NCBI GenBank assembly: GCA_048886685.1
Contig: JBHLKM010000013.1
Location: forward strand, 1-64,000
Direction of reading: 5' to 3'
Origin: Candidatus Hodarchaeota archaeon
Lineage (GTDB): Archaea; Asgardarchaeota; Lokiarchaeia; Sigyniarchaeales; SOKP01
Length of the DNA stretch: 64,000 bases
Shown: positions 61,467-64,000 of the stretch, piece by piece
How the letters are laid out: every line of letters starts with the position of its first letter
Numbering within the stretch: the first letter of the stretch is position 1
Position numbers and translations under genes: made by a program
The notes under the pieces: model-generated
Database searches by the model: none
What the model was told of the DNA's origin: nothing
What the model saw: only the letters and a program-made list of their open reading frames with translations

Positions 61467-63356
61467 ATGTCGCTAAACCCATTTTCATCTAATGAAATAA
61501 AAAATCTTCGAGAAGCAATTGAAAAAAATGGATGGAAAATAAATGGTGTTATAGAAAATTATTTTCGATATAGCTTGAAAAAGGAGAAAGTTATTATATT
61601 TACAATAAAATTTCCTATAACCTTACCTTTAAGGTTAAATTTTCCATTTGAAGTTGTAAGTTTTCGAGTTTCATTAGCCTTTCAAATTTGGAACTTGAAT
61701 CAAAATTCTTTTACGACAATCCTCTATTTAATGAAAGCTCTTAGAAGTTTAGCAATATCTCTTACTTTGGAACATTCATTTCCAATCACGGGAAAAGAGC
61801 AGAAAATTATTAGTTTACTAAATTTGATGATTCCAGAATTAATAAGAGGAGAAAATGAGAATACTTGGTTAAATCGCATCAGAATTTCCCTCTTAAATAA
61901 GAGAGACCAATTAAAAGATTTTACAATTGATCAGCATGAAAGCCTTATAGAATCTCTTAAAAACATTGGATTAGAATCCAGCTTTAATTTACCCTGGGAA
62001 TTAAAGGATGGAGTTCCTAAAATCAGAACATCAGAAACTTTATTCTTTTCAAATGAGGATGAATTTAATGAATTCTTCGTCTTAGAAAAGGGCTTTTTTT
62101 CATATTTCAAAGATCTTGAATATAAAAAATTCTACATTAGAAGTTCTTTTGATACTTATTCACCATACTTATTAATCGACTTATTTAATGATTTTTCTGA
62201 TTTTAAGTTAGAAGAATTAGTAGAAAATTGGATTAAATTCTCCAGAATCATTTTAAATTCGATATTAAAGATTATTGATGTTGATAAAATCAATCATAAT
62301 GAACTTCTAAACTTTAGACCTTCAAAGGAATTAATTTTCCGAAGTAAAAATTTTATCTTAGACCAAAATAATTTTCCATTCTCGGCGCTTTGTTATGAGA
62401 GTTCAATCGCAAAAGAATTATTTCCTTTTCATAATGATTTATTTAATAAACCACCAACAAATTTCGAAGAAATTGAAACTATAAATCAGTATACAGATGC
62501 AGAAGAGCTTATTAAGAATTATAGTTTTGAAGAAGCTACAAAACTTTTGAATGAATCTTTAAAAATCTTTAATAAGAATCAACAAAAAAAAGTGGTTGTT
62601 TCAATTCTTTTGAAATTAAGGAAAATTGCTGCTCTTTTAAATAATGAAGAATTGGCACACAATTACTTGGAAAGCGCTCTTGGTGTTGCTAAATCAGGAG
62701 AGGTTCCTATAGATTATATAATAAAAATACATTATAAATTGGGAATTAGTTATTTCAAGAAGAATGATTACAAGAAGGCTTTAATTCACTTCAATATAAT
62801 TATCAATTTTTTACAAAATGAAAAAATTCCTTCCATTAAAGAAGATTATGTTGGAAAAGCATATCTACACATAGGGTTAATCTATTTAGAACAAAATAAG
62901 ATAGTTGAATCAAAAGACTATTTTAGACGAGTGGTTGAAATCGGAAATAAAATACCTAAAATTAGATTAAATTACTTTTTAACTCGTGCTATTCGATTTA
63001 AAAATCAAGGAAACCTTTCACAAGCTCAGAGATTCCTAAAAGCTGGCTTAAATAATACTAATTTCAATCTTAATGATGAACAAAATCTAAATATTTTTAT
63101 AGATTATGTACTAGAATTAGGTGAATTCTATCTCCATCATAGAAAAGATTCCAAGAAAGCAATTTACTATTTGAGCAGCGTAGAAAACTATCTTTCTCCT
63201 AAAGAAATTAAAGGTATAGAGAGAACTATACGGTGGAACTTATTAATGAGTGATTATTATAAAATTATTGAAAGAAATAATGTGAAATCACAATTTCATA
63301 TCAACCAAAGTCGAATCTTAAAAAACCAACTTCAGAAAATAGGAGTAAGTGAATAA
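61467..63356 (+). CDS. TPR-containing protein
   Basis: C-terminal TPR units (HYKLGISYFKKNDYKKAL; AYLHIGLIYLEQ). Confidence 0.75.
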   Translation: MSLNPFSSNEIKNLREAIEKNGWKINGVIENYFRYSLKKEKVIIFTIKFPITLPLRLNFPFEVVSFRVSLAFQIWNLNQNSFTTILYLMKALRSLAISLTLEHSFPITGKEQKIISLLNLMIPELIRGENENTWLNRIRISLLNKRDQLKDFTIDQHESLIESLKNIGLESSFNLPWELKDGVPKIRTSETLFFSNEDEFNEFFVLEKGFFSYFKDLEYKKFYIRSSFDTYSPYLLIDLFNDFSDFKLEELVENWIKFSRIILNSILKIIDVDKINHNELLNFRPSKELIFRSKNFILDQNNFPFSALCYESSIAKELFPFHNDLFNKPPTNFEEIETINQYTDAEELIKNYSFEEATKLLNESLKIFNKNQQKKVVVSILLKLRKIAALLNNEELAHNYLESALGVAKSGEVPIDYIIKIHYKLGISYFKKNDYKKALIHFNIIINFLQNEKIPSIKEDYVGKAYLHIGLIYLEQNKIVESKDYFRRVVEIGNKIPKIRLNYFLTRAIRFKNQGNLSQAQRFLKAGLNNTNFNLNDEQNLNIFIDYVLELGEFYLHHRKDSKKAIYYLSSVENYLSPKEIKGIERTIRWNLLMSDYYKIIERNNVKSQFHINQSRILKNQLQKIGVSE

Positions 63357-63368
63357 TAAAAAAAGATT

Positions 63369-63572
63369 TTATCTTGAAAATTGAGATCTTTTAGCACCAA
63401 GACTATCCTGTTGACCTCCAAATCGACCGTTAACAAATCGTGCTTTATATAATTCCCGAAATCGCATCCTTGGAGGTTTTTTCTTTTGAGAATTAACTCC
63501 TGATTTTTCAATTTTAGGAGTCTGCATCTTAACTTTTCCAGCTTTTGTTAATGAACCATGAGAACCAGGCAT
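63369..63572 (-). CDS. rps30e: 30S ribosomal protein S30e
   Basis: SHGSLTKAGKVKMQTPK. Confidence 0.95.
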   Translation of the reverse strand: MPGSHGSLTKAGKVKMQTPKIEKSGVNSQKKKPPRMRFRELYKARFVNGRFGGQQDSLGAKRSQFSR

Positions 63573-63735
63573 TTTCTTTTAATCAACTTGTTTTTATTAT
63601 CAATAATATGATTATATAAATAAATTCAAATTCTTAAATTTTGCTGTCAAACGCGAATCTTAAAGATCGGACTCCAATTTTTTATTAAATTTATTAATAA
63701 TTTTGTTAATTAAACTAAAGCTTATTTTGTGCATT

Positions 63736-63906
63736 ATGTCTGAAAAGGGATTTAATAATAGTATTGTTAAAAAGGATGACGAAAAAATATTGTACGGGAT
63801 TAAAAAAATAGTCTGTTTTGCTTGTGGGGAGCAGATTGAGAAAGATACAGAAATTTGCCCCTATTGCAAAACGTCTATTGATAATTCCTTCACCCAAATA
63901 TCTTAA
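63736..63906 (+). CDS. Small zinc-ribbon protein
   Basis: ATG at 63736; CFACG...CPYC. Confidence 0.6.
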   Translation: MSEKGFNNSIVKKDDEKILYGIKKIVCFACGEQIEKDTEICPYCKTSIDNSFTQIS

Positions 63907-64000
63907 AACTAAAGAAATATTATAATTTATGCTATTTAAATTATAACGTTGTGGCATCTCTGTGAGCTTCAGTAAAAGGATGAAGAAAAAAAGTTTCTTA

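Noticed and set aside
1-64000. tRNA, rRNA, IS/transposase, integrase or prophage genes
   Set aside because: No cloverleaf, long GC-rich RNA gene or mobile-element ORF was recognised by eye.

Overview
AT-rich, gene-dense archaeal chromosomal DNA, most likely from an Asgard archaeon of the Lokiarchaeia type. This is inferred from an archaeal TFB, histone, eS30 and proteasome beta occurring together with a gelsolin, a longin-like protein, a RING protein, a MIT-like protein, a HEAT/PCI-like solenoid and eukaryote-like 3'-UTR SECIS elements. The window holds about 60 CDSs. They include the 3' part of a 96-aa-repeat surface glycoprotein, proS, two tandem PlsY/CTP-dependent lipid-kinase fusions, a lactate racemase/dehydrogenase pair, a GlpA-type oxidoreductase operon, FAD/Fe-S (CCG) oxidoreductases, methanofuran genes (mfnF/mfnE-like), a MaoC pair, type II PanK, asd and a NOG1 GTPase. 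No rRNA, tRNA, CRISPR array or mobile element was seen. Main observations: (1) two tandem selD genes, each with an in-frame UGA (G-U-x-C-K) missed by the ORF track and each followed immediately by a conserved SECIS-like hairpin, one with a non-canonical AGGA core and both with an extra side hairpin; (2) a degenerate, ungapped 180-bp tandem repeat upstream of the histone gene; (3) a two-domain gelsolin whose C-terminal Zn ribbon recurs as a separate small protein about 4 kb away, near a dual-specificity phosphatase and a long coiled-coil protein (candidate actin-regulation module); (4) three genes whose conserved N-terminal motifs can only be reached from AUU/AUA/CUG starts; (5) two frameshifted genes. 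All product calls come from motif recognition by eye; no database searches were run.
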